Positions 9,605-23,200 are shown, numbered from the whole stretch's first letter. The stretch is DNA of 61,057 bases, filler included, from Sphacelaria rigidula (GCA_964200075.2; 5 parts of 5 records of this genome joined end to end with filler, not necessarily neighbours in it); one strand, 5' to 3'. Program-made: numbers and translations. Notes: a model not told the origin generated them from the letters alone.

Positions 9605-12134
9605 GCCTAATACGGCAGATCGGCAGCTTTTTCGTACGAACTTGACCTTCACTGCCACCCCAGTGTCGTTCCGTCCAGATGAATAAGATGCAATCGATAG
9701 TGGCAGTATGCGCTTGAAATAGAGTGCATAATTCAGCATAGGCTATGCCGTGGGCATTCAATCGGCACCTCCCTGCTGCTCTATTGGTGCAGTTTCACAT
9801 CATCTGTCAAGGATATCAGTATCATGTACGGCACAACACAGATCCGCCGCATTGTTGACCCTACTTGCCCCGCCTATTATGAGGTCATTAGAATGATAGC
9901 ATCGTAAAATATAGATCATTTTGTCCTCATCGTGAGATATCACCCCCTACATTATGCCCGATCTCGACTTTCACTGTAGAGAAGATTTATTTACCATAGA
10001 TAAAGTCAAATCCATTAACCCCTAAAAATTTTGTCCTAATAAAGAAGTATTGACTTCATCGCCAAGCTTAAACTCGAGGAAATCGAGACAAAAAAGTCTG
10101 TCGCGAAGGGGTGTTATACACCGTAGTCTAGGGACACGCGGCCCCATCTCGGCCAAACGGAGCGTAAGCGGGTGAGAGCTGTGGTGTGGGTATACCGGGA
10201 CGGGCGACGGTCGACTTCACGCTGAGGTTCTGAAGATTTTTTCAGGTGAAGCTCGTTGTCTCTGCTGTAGCTGTGGTTGGAGGGTATATTTTGCCGTGCA
10301 CTTTACTGGCGAGAGGTGTTTTCGGAGGGTGGTAGGTGTGGTTGAGGTGTCTGGGGTGGGTCTTGTGCCTCGTATGAAGTTGTTGGCTAGGTTTGTTGCC
10401 GGATAGTTCCTTCACGATGTGCGCAGTGCTGGATGCTTATGCTCTGTATGGCAGACGGTAACTTCGGGTCTGGGAAGCTGCACTGTCCGTTCCCGACCGT
10501 CGAAAACGAAGTTCCTGCCTTGCGCTTTGTCCTAACGATCTCGCTCTCGGTACAGACGCGACAGGAAGTAGTACTCTCACCTCACAGGCAACAGCTTGCT
10601 AGACAGGCAATAGACAAAAGTGAGTGCAGTCTGTCAGATGAAGTAGTCTTCTGTGATGATCTCACCCCACAAGCACGTACAGGAGTTGAAGACCAACCAA
10701 GCAGTCAGCTGTGCGGTGCGTTTACACTGTATCTGCACCCATCTGCGGTACTGTGAGCGCTATCACTGCCCGAGCTTCATCTGGCCACTTGAACCGCGGG
10801 TAGAACTTTCCAGAAGTAATACTGTACAGCCAGCTCGAAGTGCGTGGACACGTCCAAAGACACAACTCAACGAGAGACCCAGCCGTCAGTATGATAGGGT
10901 AGTTCAGCGGTACACAACCATTGTCTGTGTTGTCTGTGTGTACTCTGTGCGGCGTGACCGCGTAAGAAGAGATGGGCGTTGTCCCCTCTTCGGTTCCGCA
11001 TATGTATACCGCCTGCAGCGTTGTACGGTGAAATTGAACATGCGGGTTCACACAGAGCCAGAACAACATCGTGCATGCACCGACACAACAGCATGTCAGT
11101 ACCGTACAGACAGTACTGGAACCCGCTACCTCGGTACGCACACTGTCGTGTCGTGTACAGGTCACGGCCCATACAACCTTGGTCTCTTTTGTCCGCCCAA
11201 CCACTTGGGTGTAGCCCTCTACGCTCCAGGGCTGTTGACGCTGATCCGCAATGGTATGGCCCACTGTCTGGGATGCGGAGTGCAACATCGGACCCCACAA
11301 CGATGATATAGCATTTCAGTATTTGAAGTGGAAGTCGTAAAATATTCACTAGAGGAATGACACGTCCGGCCCTGTTCCTCACTAGCATCGTCGAACGCAG
11401 GGGGATTCCCGTGTGCACATGGGAATAAAGGAAATCGGTCCTCGCTGAGAGGTTGGATGTTTGCTTGCCTTCTACTGCTGTAATCAATTCTAGTGCCTCT
11501 CGGCACAAAGTACGTGGCGTGTTCCTTTGGCTACGAGAGGGCTCAGATGCGAATACATGAACACTGCTATTTTGGAGCCAGAATAATCATGACACGATCC
11601 GTCCATGTCCGTGAAAAAAATATCGTCGGGTCGAATGCACAGATATTGGTGTCCGAACAGCCCGCTGTCGCTGTTCGTGGTCGTTTTTTACGTCCATGCT
11701 CGGTCCGCTGTATCCAAACTTGCGATGGGATCGCACCACAACCTTGTGTACACGTGACTACCCTTAGATGCGGTCATCCTCCGGGCTAAAAGAAGGCACT
11801 CTAGTCCTTGTGTCCTTGGGGGCAGGGGTTGGTTGCCCCACCTTGAGCATGTTTCGATGATGCACTGCACAGGATTAAGGACACATACAGTACGGGCAGA
11901 GCAGTAAGCGTGTGGTACTGTACCCCTAGTTGACGCATTTCATCTCGTGCTTTTTGCAAGCATGTCCGTTTGTGTCCATTTTGCACGTATCATGATCCTG
12001 CATTTCATTGATCCGCGATTACTCTGCTGGTGTTGTGTACTCCTTCACAATTTCGTGTATATCGGAATATTCCATACGTCGGACGAGCACGAGTGTCACT
12101 CGTGGCACTCGTGCTCGTTGGGCTGCTCGTTGGC

Positions 12135-12234
12135 NNNNNNNNNNNNNNNNNNNNNNNNNNNNNNNNNNNNNNNNNNNNTTAATTAATTAANNNNNNNNNN
12201 NNNNNNNNNNNNNNNNNNNNNNNNNNNNNNNNNN
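12135..12234. other. Artificial scaffold linker
   Basis: N44-TTAATTAATTAA-N44, giving stops in all six frames. Identical at four positions. Confidence 0.98.
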
Positions 12235-13237
12235 CATTGCTGCTGCTGATCCAATGACAAGAAACCATGGCATCATGTGCCAATAATACAGCACGGGACC
12301 GGCGGCTGGCAAGCGATGAACGAGACGGGGGAGTCGGCATCGGAAAGCGTCCGGGCACTGCCGGTCTCCCCTCATCCACCTCCCCTCCTCCCAGGTTTCA
12401 AGAGTTCTGTCCTGTGCCGAGCACATGAGCGAACCTTGAAGGTTCACCATCCCCTTCGGATCCCTCAAGCCACACGCGGTGCTCCGTCTTCTCACGGACG
12501 CGTGGAGGGCCGTTTGAACAACAAAACAATTCAATCAAAAGTGCTTTCTTCCGCTCGCTGCTTGTTCGTTCCGTCTCGTTCATGCCACAGGTTTGCACTT
12601 GCGCGCTTGCTTCCACCACGCCGGGCATTTCCAGTGTCATGCGCCAAAGCAACCAACAAGGATCTCCCGATAATGACCCATACTATCCACTCCTTTCCAA
12701 GTCCATCGTGTTGCTCCGTCGTCCATAAATCGCATCTACCTTATCCCCCCACGAACCGTCCTCCACGCGATGTGTTCCACTGTCATACGCCAGAGCCATA
12801 CACTAGCGTCTTGCAATGACATCGATTGCCTCATCTGCTTCACCCCTTGCCAAATGAATCTTGCTGTGGAATGTCACCAACAAATAGCATCGCCTTCGTC
12901 CCCTCCCGCGAGGCCAATCTCGCGCCCCATGGCCAAGGTCGGCAGCGGTCGGGCCATTGTCCAAACGTCACGCAGCGCCCCTGTGAGTGCGTCTAGCCTC
13001 CCAACACCGCGGCGTTGCATACTTACTTGACACGCAAAACAAGAGCGGGTATGTATCGAATTCTACTTGATTGTTCAAGAACAAAAATATTTCCCGCGCT
13101 ACTGTACGATGGTTGAATAAAATACCTTCGACGTATACCAAGGATGCAGAACATACCGGCTTCGATCGCGACACTGAAACTCACGCTCACGTGCACAACT
13201 TCTCAAGCATCAGGGTGAGGGAGGGGAGGGGGGGGGG

Positions 13238-13301
13238 CGTACTCATTTGTTGCTTGCCTTAGTCGTGTGACTATTGACCACGCATCCCTTTCGAGACGGA
13301 G
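13238..13301 (-). mobile_element. 64-bp poly-C-associated element, copy B
   Basis: Reverse complement of copy A with few changes. Flanked by CAGGGTGAGGG(G-run) on the left and CAGGTGAGGG(G-run) on the right. Confidence 0.9.
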
Positions 13302-13418
13302 CAGGTGAGGGGGGGGGGAAAGGGGATTTCCCACGACCCTTATGGATAACACACAAGAGTTCTCTGGCCGGCGTAAGCAGGGTCATAAGTGCGATGAAGT
13401 CAACGCTAGATATCTCAC

Positions 13419-13503
13419 CTTGAGCGCGAACTTCTGCTTGGTCTCCTTGTGCGTTACTACGCGCACAGTGCCAAACCCGCCCTTTCCGAGCAGCTCGCCA
13501 GAC
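13419..13503 (-). CDS. Ser/Thr protein kinase (CDPK/CaMK-like), exon 3, subdomains I-II. Gene continues off the scaffold
   Basis: Acceptor cccccgcag|G and donor AAG|gtgaga. SGELLGKGGFGTVRVVTHKETKQKFALK has the Gly-rich loop and catalytic Lys. Phase matches exon 2. Confidence 0.92.
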
Positions 13504-13626
13504 CTGCGGGGGTGAAGCGGTTCAAGGACCGGTTCGGGTCGACCAGATATGCCCACCAACACCATTCGGAGTAGAAAAATAACATCAGGAAAACAAAATA
13601 AGTGGAACAGGGTGAATAGAGAACGC

Positions 13627-13763
13627 GGGGGAGGGGGGGGGGGAGAACGTGCCGGCGTTTGTGGTCGGAAGCAGGAGTGGAGACAATGAAAGGAGTGTAA
13701 GGATNNNNNNNNNNAAAAAAAAAAAAAAAAAGAAAAAAAAAGAAAAAGAGGAAAAAAAAGAAA

Positions 13764-13800
<37 letters not shown>

Positions 13801-13875
13801 GGGGGGGGGGGGAGAACGTGCCATCATTTGTGGTCGGAAGCAGTAGTTGAGACAATGAAAGTACTTGCAGGGTTA
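13627..13875. repeat. Two diverged ~65-bp direct copies around A/G homopolymers and a 10-N gap
   Basis: GGGAGAACGTGCC...TTTGTGGTCGGAAGCAG...GAGACAATGAAAG occurs near 13640 and near 13810. Gap at 13705-13714. Confidence 0.75.
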
Positions 13876-14920
13876 CCGCCAATGCAAGCTTTGACCCATA
13901 AACTAACACGCAGATATTTCTATCTGTGTACTTTGGCATCAGCTTTGTTGGCACTTAAAAAAAATACATGTCGTCATTAACATAGCATCGCATCCATTGG
14001 GCCAAGAGATGCCGGGAGACCTACGGACAGGACACCAACACCAACAATACCGTCATGTTTCGAATGCGTCGACTGGATCGAGATTGGTGACGTGCGCTCT
14101 ACGCCTTCACCCCGGTGTGTGCGTGGTGATCAAGAATCATAAATGAAAAACGTTTATGTGCCATCTTTTTCGGGAGGAGGGGGCGCGCGTTCAGGAGGAA
14201 AGGTCTGAGAACAGGTTTGCGGAGCTCTTCACGAGAGTAAGAAGGAGCGGCGGCTTCATTTTTTTTCAAACCATTTTTGAACATACGAGAAAAAGTCCAA
14301 CAAAATGTCTTGTTTTTTTTTTCTTCATATTTTCCATCCATCTTATTTCTCATAATAACGGGTGAAGGCGTCATGCCGATATATGTCACTGTGACCACGC
14401 ATATTTACATATCTGAACCAATGCGGTAGGAATGCCGTTACAACATTGCGCTGGGCTACAAAAATCCATAAAATCGTACCACATGCTTACCCAAAAAGCA
14501 GCAGCATGAAACACGCCATACATTGCACGACAGGGCAGCAAGGGGTAACTCTCGTAACAAATAATACTGACACAGGGCAAATTTCTGCGCTGGTCATTCC
14601 GATAGAACTCGATATATGAAACCGCGTTCATCACCATTTGACGCGACTCGGGCCATGAAATTCTCCTATTTTCAATAGTAATTTCCCACACCGCCGATTG
14701 ATGGGATGCCGAAACACGTATAGGATCGATTATTCTCACGTGAGTGAAAACTATACCAGCCGTAAAATGCACCGAGAAGCATCTCCTGCCCGGCGCGGAT
14801 TAAATACTGTACTTGTATCGTTATGATTTCGATAAAGAGCGTTGAGTGGGCCATGCCGTTCAGTCGTACGCACCAGACAGACGGCACTCTAGAAGAGCCC
14901 GCCATTCCATGTCAAAAAGT

Positions 14921-15180
14921 CATATGCCAACAGCAGTGGAGAGCGGCTGCGTCGTGGGTACACAAAATTCGACTTCACGGTCGACAAGGGGAGGGGACTG
15001 CTGAACCCCTCTCGCGAGGAAAAATAAGTCAAGAACCGCACAAGGGAGGTGGAGTACTAAAACAAAACAAAACGAACACTCTTGTGTTGACCTTCCTTCT
15101 CTGTGACCCCGGCTGATGCGCCAACATATACCGAAAGGTGTAGACTGGCGTTTAAAATAGATGGGATGACAACACAACAC
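14921..15180 (+). mobile_element. 5'-truncated copy of tRNA-derived SINE family A
   Basis: Collinear with 47210-47495 (AGTGGAGAGCG, TTCGACTTC, GCTGAACCC, TGTGTTGACCTTCCT, CCCCGGCTGATGCG, CCGAAA.GTGTAGA, ATGGG). Ends in an ACAAC-repeat tail. Confidence 0.8.
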
Positions 15181-15558
15181 CCCCCAAACATGACAACTTC
15201 ACGTCACAGACTTTCTCCACATGCATGGGGTCCCACTAATCCAAGCAACAGAACCACTGAACCACGATATTCGCATTACACCACATCATCTACTTTTTTT
15301 CTCAGGTACGTCTGTCATGAGACCACGGCTGGACCTCTGGGGGGTAAGTTAAAATGTGACGATCAATCATCTACGCAGCGGCTGGGCCGCGTTGAAGGCA
15401 CAGACCCGACGTGGAGCACACCGTCCTCGCCCGCACTCTTTGTATATACACGTCATGCTCCACAAAAACCGGACCGTTAACTACAAGTCACCCAGCCAGG
15501 AATCAAATGCCGATGGTGTCAGAGCAGTTCAAAAATATCCAGTCGAGGCGAGAATGAT

Positions 15559-15780
15559 CCCGATAACTTGCCCCCGACGCATGACGGCCACGGTCCACTC
15601 AATGCCCCGACAAGCCTCGAATCGCCCCTGCACGTACTGGCATCCAACCCTTCCTCCCACCCCATCCGCCCCGATAACTTGCCCCCGACGCATGACGGCC
15701 ACGGTCCACTCAATGCCCCGACAAGCCTCGAATTGCCCCTGCCCTTACTGGCATCCAACCCTTCCTCCCACCCCATCCGC
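15559..15780. repeat. 111-bp tandem duplication (2 copies)
   Basis: CCCGATAACTTGCCCCCGACGCATG...CCCATCCGC is repeated at 15559 and 15670 with only a few substitutions. Confidence 0.95.
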
Positions 15781-16375
15781 GACACGCACGCTACTCTGGG
15801 CGGGATGTTTCAGAATCATCCATGATCTCATCACACATGGCGAGAACAATACGTATGAGCACAACCACCGTAGCACAGCACAGCCGAGTAAAGCTGAGCA
15901 GAAGACGAACATGGACAGCACACCACATACGGCCTGCATTGCGATTGCAGTAGCTACAATAGTTGGTAATCATTGTTCCACCACGGAAACAAGACCGTTC
16001 ACTCTTCTTTGGATCTAGCAGCCATTTTTGGAGCTTCTACTCTTTTGAATAAACTATTCCGATTCCAAATGAACGGGATCTGTCAGATCCACAGCGCAGA
16101 AAATGTATATCGCCTTCTCAGAGAAGTAACAGCTCAGTCGGGACATTTAGGTCACGCCCATCGTCTGCCCTACAAGCGCCAAATAAGAGGATCCAAAGGA
16201 TTGAGGGAGTGACTTCAATAATGGCCAACGATGAAGATCCAGTTGTACTTGTGCGTCAGGTTTCGGGTGTGGTTGCACCAAAAAAAATTTAAAGGGTGTT
16301 GCTCTCTCGATGTTATAAAAACCGCTCCGAAGTATGCACTTTGCTTCTATTTCTGTATTGGGCATCTGACTCTGA

Positions 16376-16563
16376 GGCCGTGTCTCATCAAATTGTTTTC
16401 GTCTCGAAGACGTGCGGTCGAATCGAACTCGCTCATTTCTGATTCGTCGACGCTATTTACTTTCTCACATGGTTGACAACATGAATGCCGGGGGCGTATC
16501 AAGTACGAGCAAATTCGATTCCATCGTACTTTTTCGAGTCGAAAACAAGTTGATAAGACGGCC
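16376..16563. mobile_element. Tourist/PIF-Harbinger-like MITE
   Basis: Imperfect TIRs GGCCGTGTCTCATCAAATTGTTTTCG / CGAAAACAAGTTGATAAGACGGCC. TGA on both sides (3-bp TSD). Confidence 0.75.
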
Positions 16564-18629
16564 TGATGCGGACGACATCCGTGTCACAGGGTAAGAACTG
16601 GACCAAATACAGTAATGTAGAAGGAAAGTCAAAACCAAACAAGGGTGGCACACTATTTTCGCAGTACTTTCCGGAATAACATGCAAGGGTTACTCTGCTC
16701 TGCTGTTGGAGGACTTGATGGACGCTATACATTACAACCATGAATGCACCACATGATATTAGTTGGGTAACCCCCCTTTCCCCGCTCTCTTTCATTGATA
16801 TATCCCACCGCCCGCACCTCCCCACCGTCACCAAAAAAATAAAAAAATAACCGGTCTACAGGTGATTGATTACACATCATCAAAAACAAGTAGCTGCTCT
16901 GCAGCCAGGCTCGGGGGTTGCTCTGCCCGGCACAAAAGTCACGCAAACGCATGAACATCCGCAGTGTGCTGTGTTGTCCTCCCACCTACTACGGAGTATT
17001 CTGGATGAAACACAGCAATACACTGAAAACACAAAAATATAAGATTGTGTAGAGCGCGTGCATACAACCACAAACACTACTGTTAGAGAGATACAGATGA
17101 AACGGTTTGATGATGGTGTGACGACCGCGCACTGCGGTGCAACTTTGAGCTTCGCACAACCTTTGACAGTAGACTAGAGTTTACCGCTTGGTAGGTATTG
17201 GATATTAGTGTGGTATTTATCCGGATCTTAAATGGGGGTGCTGTGCTCCTGGTGTGGGAAGAACGCGTTCTTGTCTAAATCGGCAGCCCGTTGAGATCTG
17301 GCAACGCACACTTTGCCCAGGAAATATTTTGCACCCCCCTTTGTCCGAGGGTTCTCGGATGTCGCCGTTGGGGCTAGGGTTAGGGTCAGGGTTAGTTATT
17401 CGAAGTCACAAATTCCCGAAAAACTTCCATGACACCTACCAAGTGGTCAACTAACCTCACTTTGGAGCTTGTTCATGTCTCCATAGGAGTAGTAGCAGTA
17501 CATATATTTCACACAACAGTCTGATGACCTTCCTTCAAACAAGTTATTTTCGAGAGAGGACCACATCTAACGAAAGCGACCGCACTCCTCCTGCAATGTC
17601 TGTCCCCATAGAGCTAGCTGTGCGTGGATGAAACGCGCGTATAGACCTGCAACATCGAAACCTTCATCCCTCCCTCTTGCTTGTTGTAGTCCAACGAACT
17701 ACCGACCCATGAATACGAAGATGTAGAAAATCTCCGAAAAAAACACATCTCTCTCACAGAAACGAAAAGCACCCGAAATTGCAGCACATATACTTGTAGC
17801 TGTGACATCGCAAAAATGCGTTCAACTCCTGTACATACGAGAGGGGACCGGAACCTGAAACTGGTGCAACCAACTCTACAGGGTCCCCTCACAACACCAC
17901 TGATGTACCGACGCCTAATGACTAGCCTCGGCATCTCCACAAGAAACCCCGTTCATCTGCCGAGGCAGCCGCTAGCCCAGATGGTGGTGCATGCCTGCCC
18001 TCGGATGTTTCACTTCATTTGCCACCGCAGACCCCGCCTTGGCCCCTTCAGCTGTATGCGCGAATCTCCGTGGAGGGTCGAACAACAACCACGAGAATCT
18101 CGCCTCAAGATGAAGGCTCTTCGAGCCCAAAAGTGGTTGATTTTAGATTTTATGCGCAAAAAGTTTGACACCACGCGACTGGATTTTTTTGTGGCCGACA
18201 TCGACTATAACGGACTGTACGCTCTTGTGCCGTACAGTCATGTACCATTCAGTATCTTAGTGTATTGTACCCCCCCTGTACGGCACAGGTTTACTCTCAT
18301 CAGAATGCATGATTGGTCGTGTGAAATACATATTTCCGTTGGTAGTTGGTGACATGTGAATCAGACCTTCCAGCGGGAGACAGGAGCCAATTTTGGCACT
18401 GATTGGTCGCGTACGGTGTCATTCTTATCACGGTACAAGTAAAACACTAGTACAACAACCAGTAAGAGGGGACACTGCAATACATTTATTCAGCTCAGCA
18501 AACCAGAAGCAAACTGAGCAAAAACTTCCGATTTTGAAAGCTGTCACAACGCCATGCGCGTACGGGCTACCCATGTATACTGATGGCTATACAAGGAAAT
18601 CAAAAGTAATCACTGCCTGCTGCGCACAC

Positions 18630-18676
18630 CTGAGGTCGTACACATCCTGGATGTCGCGGTTGAACTCTTCTCGTAC
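18630..18676 (-). CDS. Protein kinase exon 2
   Basis: Acceptor ttcttgtgcgctgcag|GTA and donor CTCAG|gtgtgc. VREEFNRDIQDVYDLR; the phase-2 end joins exon 3 exactly. Confidence 0.88.
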
Positions 18677-19606
18677 CTGCAGCGCACAAGAAATAAACGG
18701 CGAAATATCCCGGTGTGTTTTAGCAAGCCATAACAACACTACCGTCTGTAACAGCAACAGAAATGTGAGGATGAACGAAGGCGAGGGTCACCAACTTGAA
18801 TTCTTTCAGCGAACAAAAAACGGTCGAGGCCGTCAACTGTGAGTGGTCTGCAGTCTGAAGCTAGATGTAACGAGTGCACCATGATTTTATGAATAAGCGG
18901 AAGGTAGAGAGGATATTGTACCGGGAAAGAGTGAGATTTACGATGCTAGCCACAGTCGGGACAACAGTTCAGCACGTCGCAGCAAGCTCAACACCACGAT
19001 CCCGTGCCCACGGAAAACACGCGCCGTGTTCGCCTCTGCGCCCCTACGCGCGCGCCCCTCTCTTCATCATCCAGTGCTACAAAGGAGCAGGGCGCTCGTG
19101 GCCATGTACGCCGCATAACGCCATCAACAGAACTCTGGGGTGATGTCCACCGGGTGTCTCGAGCAGCACTCCAGCACACATTTTGGGATGAGCGAAATCA
19201 GTCTCTAAGAGCATGGGGGTGGCAAGGGTGTTTTTCCTTAAAACACAAATCTCTGCGTTCAAAAACAGAACAAAAAGACAAAAGCGCAGAGAAACAAATG
19301 CGCGAAAACACGAACACACACCCCGAATTACTGGCCCAGCAACTACACGACAGTAGCAGTACACTCGTACCGTGCTCAGGGGTGATCGGGGCCCCTAATC
19401 TTTGTGCGTGCAGCAACAAACTCCAACAAGACGTAACGCTAGGTAGGTAGGGGCTCGTTTTGGTTCTCAATTTCGAATAAAGCACGAAACACATCGGCAA
19501 GTATTGAGTTGGTCTGTCTGTCTGTTTCGCTACTTCGTTCTTCATCTGCAGAAAGTGCATTTCTCCTCGCACACTCAATCAACCACCACCCGGCGAAAAC
19601 ACACAC

Positions 19607-19702
19607 CAGGTTCATCGCCAGCGTCCCCGATCGCCGGTGCTCCGTATAAGTTCTCTCCCGCCTCTCCATGAGGTCTCGGCCTTTGCTCGCTGCATTGCCC
19701 AT
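19607..19702 (-). CDS. Protein kinase exon 1 with N-myristoylation motif
   Basis: MGNAASKGRDLMERRERTYTEHRRSGTLAMNL|gtgtgt. Fits the MGxxxS consensus. Phase 0 matches exon 2. Confidence 0.82.
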
Positions 19703-19992
19703 GGCTCTTCCGGGCGTTGAGCCCGAGCACACGCACGAAAGCTAAGCTCGAGACCTACCACCTGCTGGCCTGCAACGATGCTTGACAGCGTGTCAAAATT
19801 GACAAATTAATCATTTTCCATTATTGATCGCTTTGAATTGTGCCATTATCTTACAGACCTGAAAGAGTAAAACTCAGGCGAAGATGAGGCTAACAAACAA
19901 AAAAATACTACCGTGCGCTCCGCCGCACACCGTCGGGACAGTTGCGGCAAGGAATCTCCGTCCTCGGAGCAACTCAGGTGACCTCCTACGAC
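19703..19992. promoter_or_regulatory. Putative bidirectional promoter and 5' UTR region
   Basis: 290 bp between two divergent start codons, with an AT-rich core near 19795-19850. Confidence 0.45.
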
Positions 19993-20241
19993 ATGCCCAT
20001 GCACCAGAACAACCATCATGTACCTGCACCGCTCAACGCGAATCTCAACTTTCACCACCAGCACCCTCCGCCGTTTCCAGCCATGACACAAAATAGCAGT
20101 ATCCAACAACGCCAGGGGTGGCCCGGCGGGCGTCCGCACTCTCAGCCACCTGCGGGGCATGGGTTCCTTGCTACCCCACCGCTGATGGTACCGCCGCCGC
20201 AGCAGCAGCAGCCACCGCAGCAGATTTCTTACTTACCGCAG
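19993..20241 (+). CDS. Pro/Gln/His-rich probable first exon of an unidentified gene
   Basis: MPMHQNNHHVPAPLNANLNFHHQHPPPFPAM...PPPQQQQPPQQISYLPQ ends at CAG|gtttgc. Downstream exons not found and start codon uncertain. Confidence 0.55.
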
Positions 20242-23200
20242 GTTTGCGCATGTGTTCTCTGGGGCATCGGGATGGAGTGTTATTTGAGTAAACTTTGTTT
20301 CTATGACCACTGGTTCTTCACCCTGTTGTGTGCAGTATCCAGACGGCAGACGGTATCATCACACCATAGTACGCAGCAAACGGTATACTCGTCTTGCAGG
20401 GTGTACGGCATCCGTACTGGCTGGTGATTCTACTGTTGTCGGACTGCTGTTCGGCGGATGACAATGTTCTTCAATCTCCACACATGACAAGCTTGTACGA
20501 TACATTTCATTCGGCGCCGTGGCAACATTAACTTTGCATTAAATCGATACGTCCAGTTGATTCTGTGAAGACCTCTTCGCCCGCGGTTCGTCACGCTCTA
20601 CATGATATATCTTGTCACGCATGTGGTCATGTTCTGCATGCCCACAGGATATGCAGGCCGCTTCTCAACCCTTTTCGTACCGGCGGTGGAGAAGTGCTGA
20701 TTTCGAGTTGCTGTGGTTTTAACGACATATGGTTCGGTTGTTCGCAGTTTCCACGCAGCACTATTTTGCCCAAGACGAGTTGGACGCTGAAATTTTGAGA
20801 GCACCTTGTTGTGATCGACATGCAGAACATCACGTAAGCAGCGAAGAAGAAAAAGAGGAACGTATGGGGATTTGAAATTTGAGCAAGAACAAGATAGTGT
20901 CATGAAGTCCAGGAAAAAATGAGAATCCACAGCTGCTCTCGGGATACGTCATTTTCTCGGGTGCAGAAGGTCTTCGTGCAATTTCAGCTCAAGAGTCGTC
21001 GAACTGGGCCGTTCGTGCAACGTTTTGCGTGCCACTGCTGCACCCCGCATATACCCAGTGCGGGGAGATTGCTGACGGGAACCCACCGCAAAAAAAAAAA
21101 AAAACGCACTCCGACACGCTATCGCCCAACGCGAACACCCGTACCACCTACTATATGCACGACCAGAATTGCAGTGGTAATAGGACGCGAATCGAACAGC
21201 GACGCAGTCCTTTGTTATCAGGTGGGTCTGCAGTTCGCAGTGATGTGCTTATATCGGGGTCATTGAGGAAACTGGGAAAGCTGTGGTTTGGACAACTTTT
21301 AGCCACTTTTAAGCTGGCCCAGCTCGTACTACTTCGATACTGTGATGTGGCATAGCACGCTTGCCAAGTGTTGGGCAGGTACGACCTCCGGACTGCAGCA
21401 CAATAATATTCCGGTGCGGTGCATCACCCATATTAATGTGCGTCGCAGTGCCACACGGACTGCACATACAGAAAATATGCAGGTGGTGTTGATTTTTGTT
21501 GTATATAATTCATAGGCCGCGGTGCTGATTTTTGCCGTGTGCACAAAGTCGAACACATTCGACCCGTTGCGTCCCCTCGTTGGATGAAACTAATCCAACC
21601 TCGCCGGGGCGACATTGTTTGTGCGAGCATGACGTCGGCGGATTCTTCTGTGACCTTCCGCCGTGAGAATGGTTGTTGTCAGTATCTTCTCTTCCCATAT
21701 TTTCGCGCGAAGCGCGATCACGACCGAGCGTTTTAAAATCGGCACTCGTCAAAAATTGAGGAACCGTCTGAAATTTGGGGAAAAACTACCACATGAGACG
21801 TGTGCTGTTTCACCGAGCTTCAGCACAAACACACTCACGCCTTCTCTCTCATGTGCTGTAGCTGTCACTGTGCCGTGGTGTGGTCGAACCTTTGCGAAGA
21901 CGGTTTGGTATCCGCTGGTATTGCGTCAACTGCCTTATTACTGTCGCTGCCTTCGTCTTTACAAAAATGAGTAAAATTATGTATGTCGGCACGCAGTGCT
22001 GTCTACACGATTGTTGTGTGTTCGCTTCTTCGTCTTCCGTCAAACGAACAAGGCGCTTCCTACACCCATTATTTCTATGCTATAGTTGTCGCTGTGCTGT
22101 TGTGCAATTAAGCACCCCACGACGAACATGGCGTGATGTGCGCCAGAGAGGGCCTGAACAGTTGTACTGCTGTACTGCTGCATGCCGAGTTTCGGTCTGC
22201 ACAGAATTGGGGGTGGGATTAAAGTTATGTCCACAAAGTTGAAAGTATTACATGACGACTGTGTAGCTGTCTGTTGCGTCTGCTTTAGCACTTCATTTGT
22301 AGTCGGGTGCCGTGATCGGAGACGACACGCAAGGCCGACGCGTGCAGGTTGGGGGAAATAACCTGATCCAGCACGGAGCTGCTGTATCCCACGCCATTGG
22401 TGGTGGCAGCTGTCTGACCGGCAGCGGCGCACTGTGTTGGCCAATGCTAGCTATTTGACAACTCAATTCTCTCATCTGATGGAAGAATCGTCGCCGCATT
22501 TTGGTATGTTGGGAGGCTCTGATTGGTCGAAAATTCCTGCCCCTATCTGTGCGCCCTGTGTCATATTTCGGCACAGGGCCCATACATGGGGATGGTTTGG
22601 TGGTGAACGATACTATTTACGCGAAGCGAGATTATGGCCGAGCCTTCAAGATCACCGCCCGGCAAACACTGAGGACCCGTTTAAAATTAGCTGAAGAGCT
22701 AAAACATGGGACAAGAGCCGTAGCTGTCACTGGTCTGTGGCATGTTTATACCTCGCGACGACGGTTTGGTCTCCGCTGAGATTGCTTGAGGTGCTACGGT
22801 TGTGTTCGTCTCCCTGTAAAATATACCCAAGTATCGGTCGGGACGCAGTGCGGTTTACACACTTGACTGTCTGTTGAAAACTTCATGTTACCCGGACCCA
22901 TCACTTGCGCAATACTGAACGTGGCTTGGTAAAGACACACAACGAGGTATACACCGCTCGACCGGCTGGGAACAGACCCTGTGCTCCCATGAAAGGAGCA
23001 ACGCACAGCACAGTGTGGATACACTGCACCGCTAAGGTGCTGCTTGCTCCCGTCAGCATGACGGCTGCTGCCGCTGGCATCGGCGCCAGCGCTCGCGACC
23101 ACGGAGAGACACAACCAGCAATACTAAGACGGGGATATACCTATACACGAGCATAGCAATGACCCACTGCGGCGGCAATGTACCACTCGCTGTCTGCTTG

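Noticed and set aside
12179-12190. TTAATTAATTAA palindrome as a biological site
   Set aside because: Embedded in N-runs and identical at all four junctions. It is an assembly linker.
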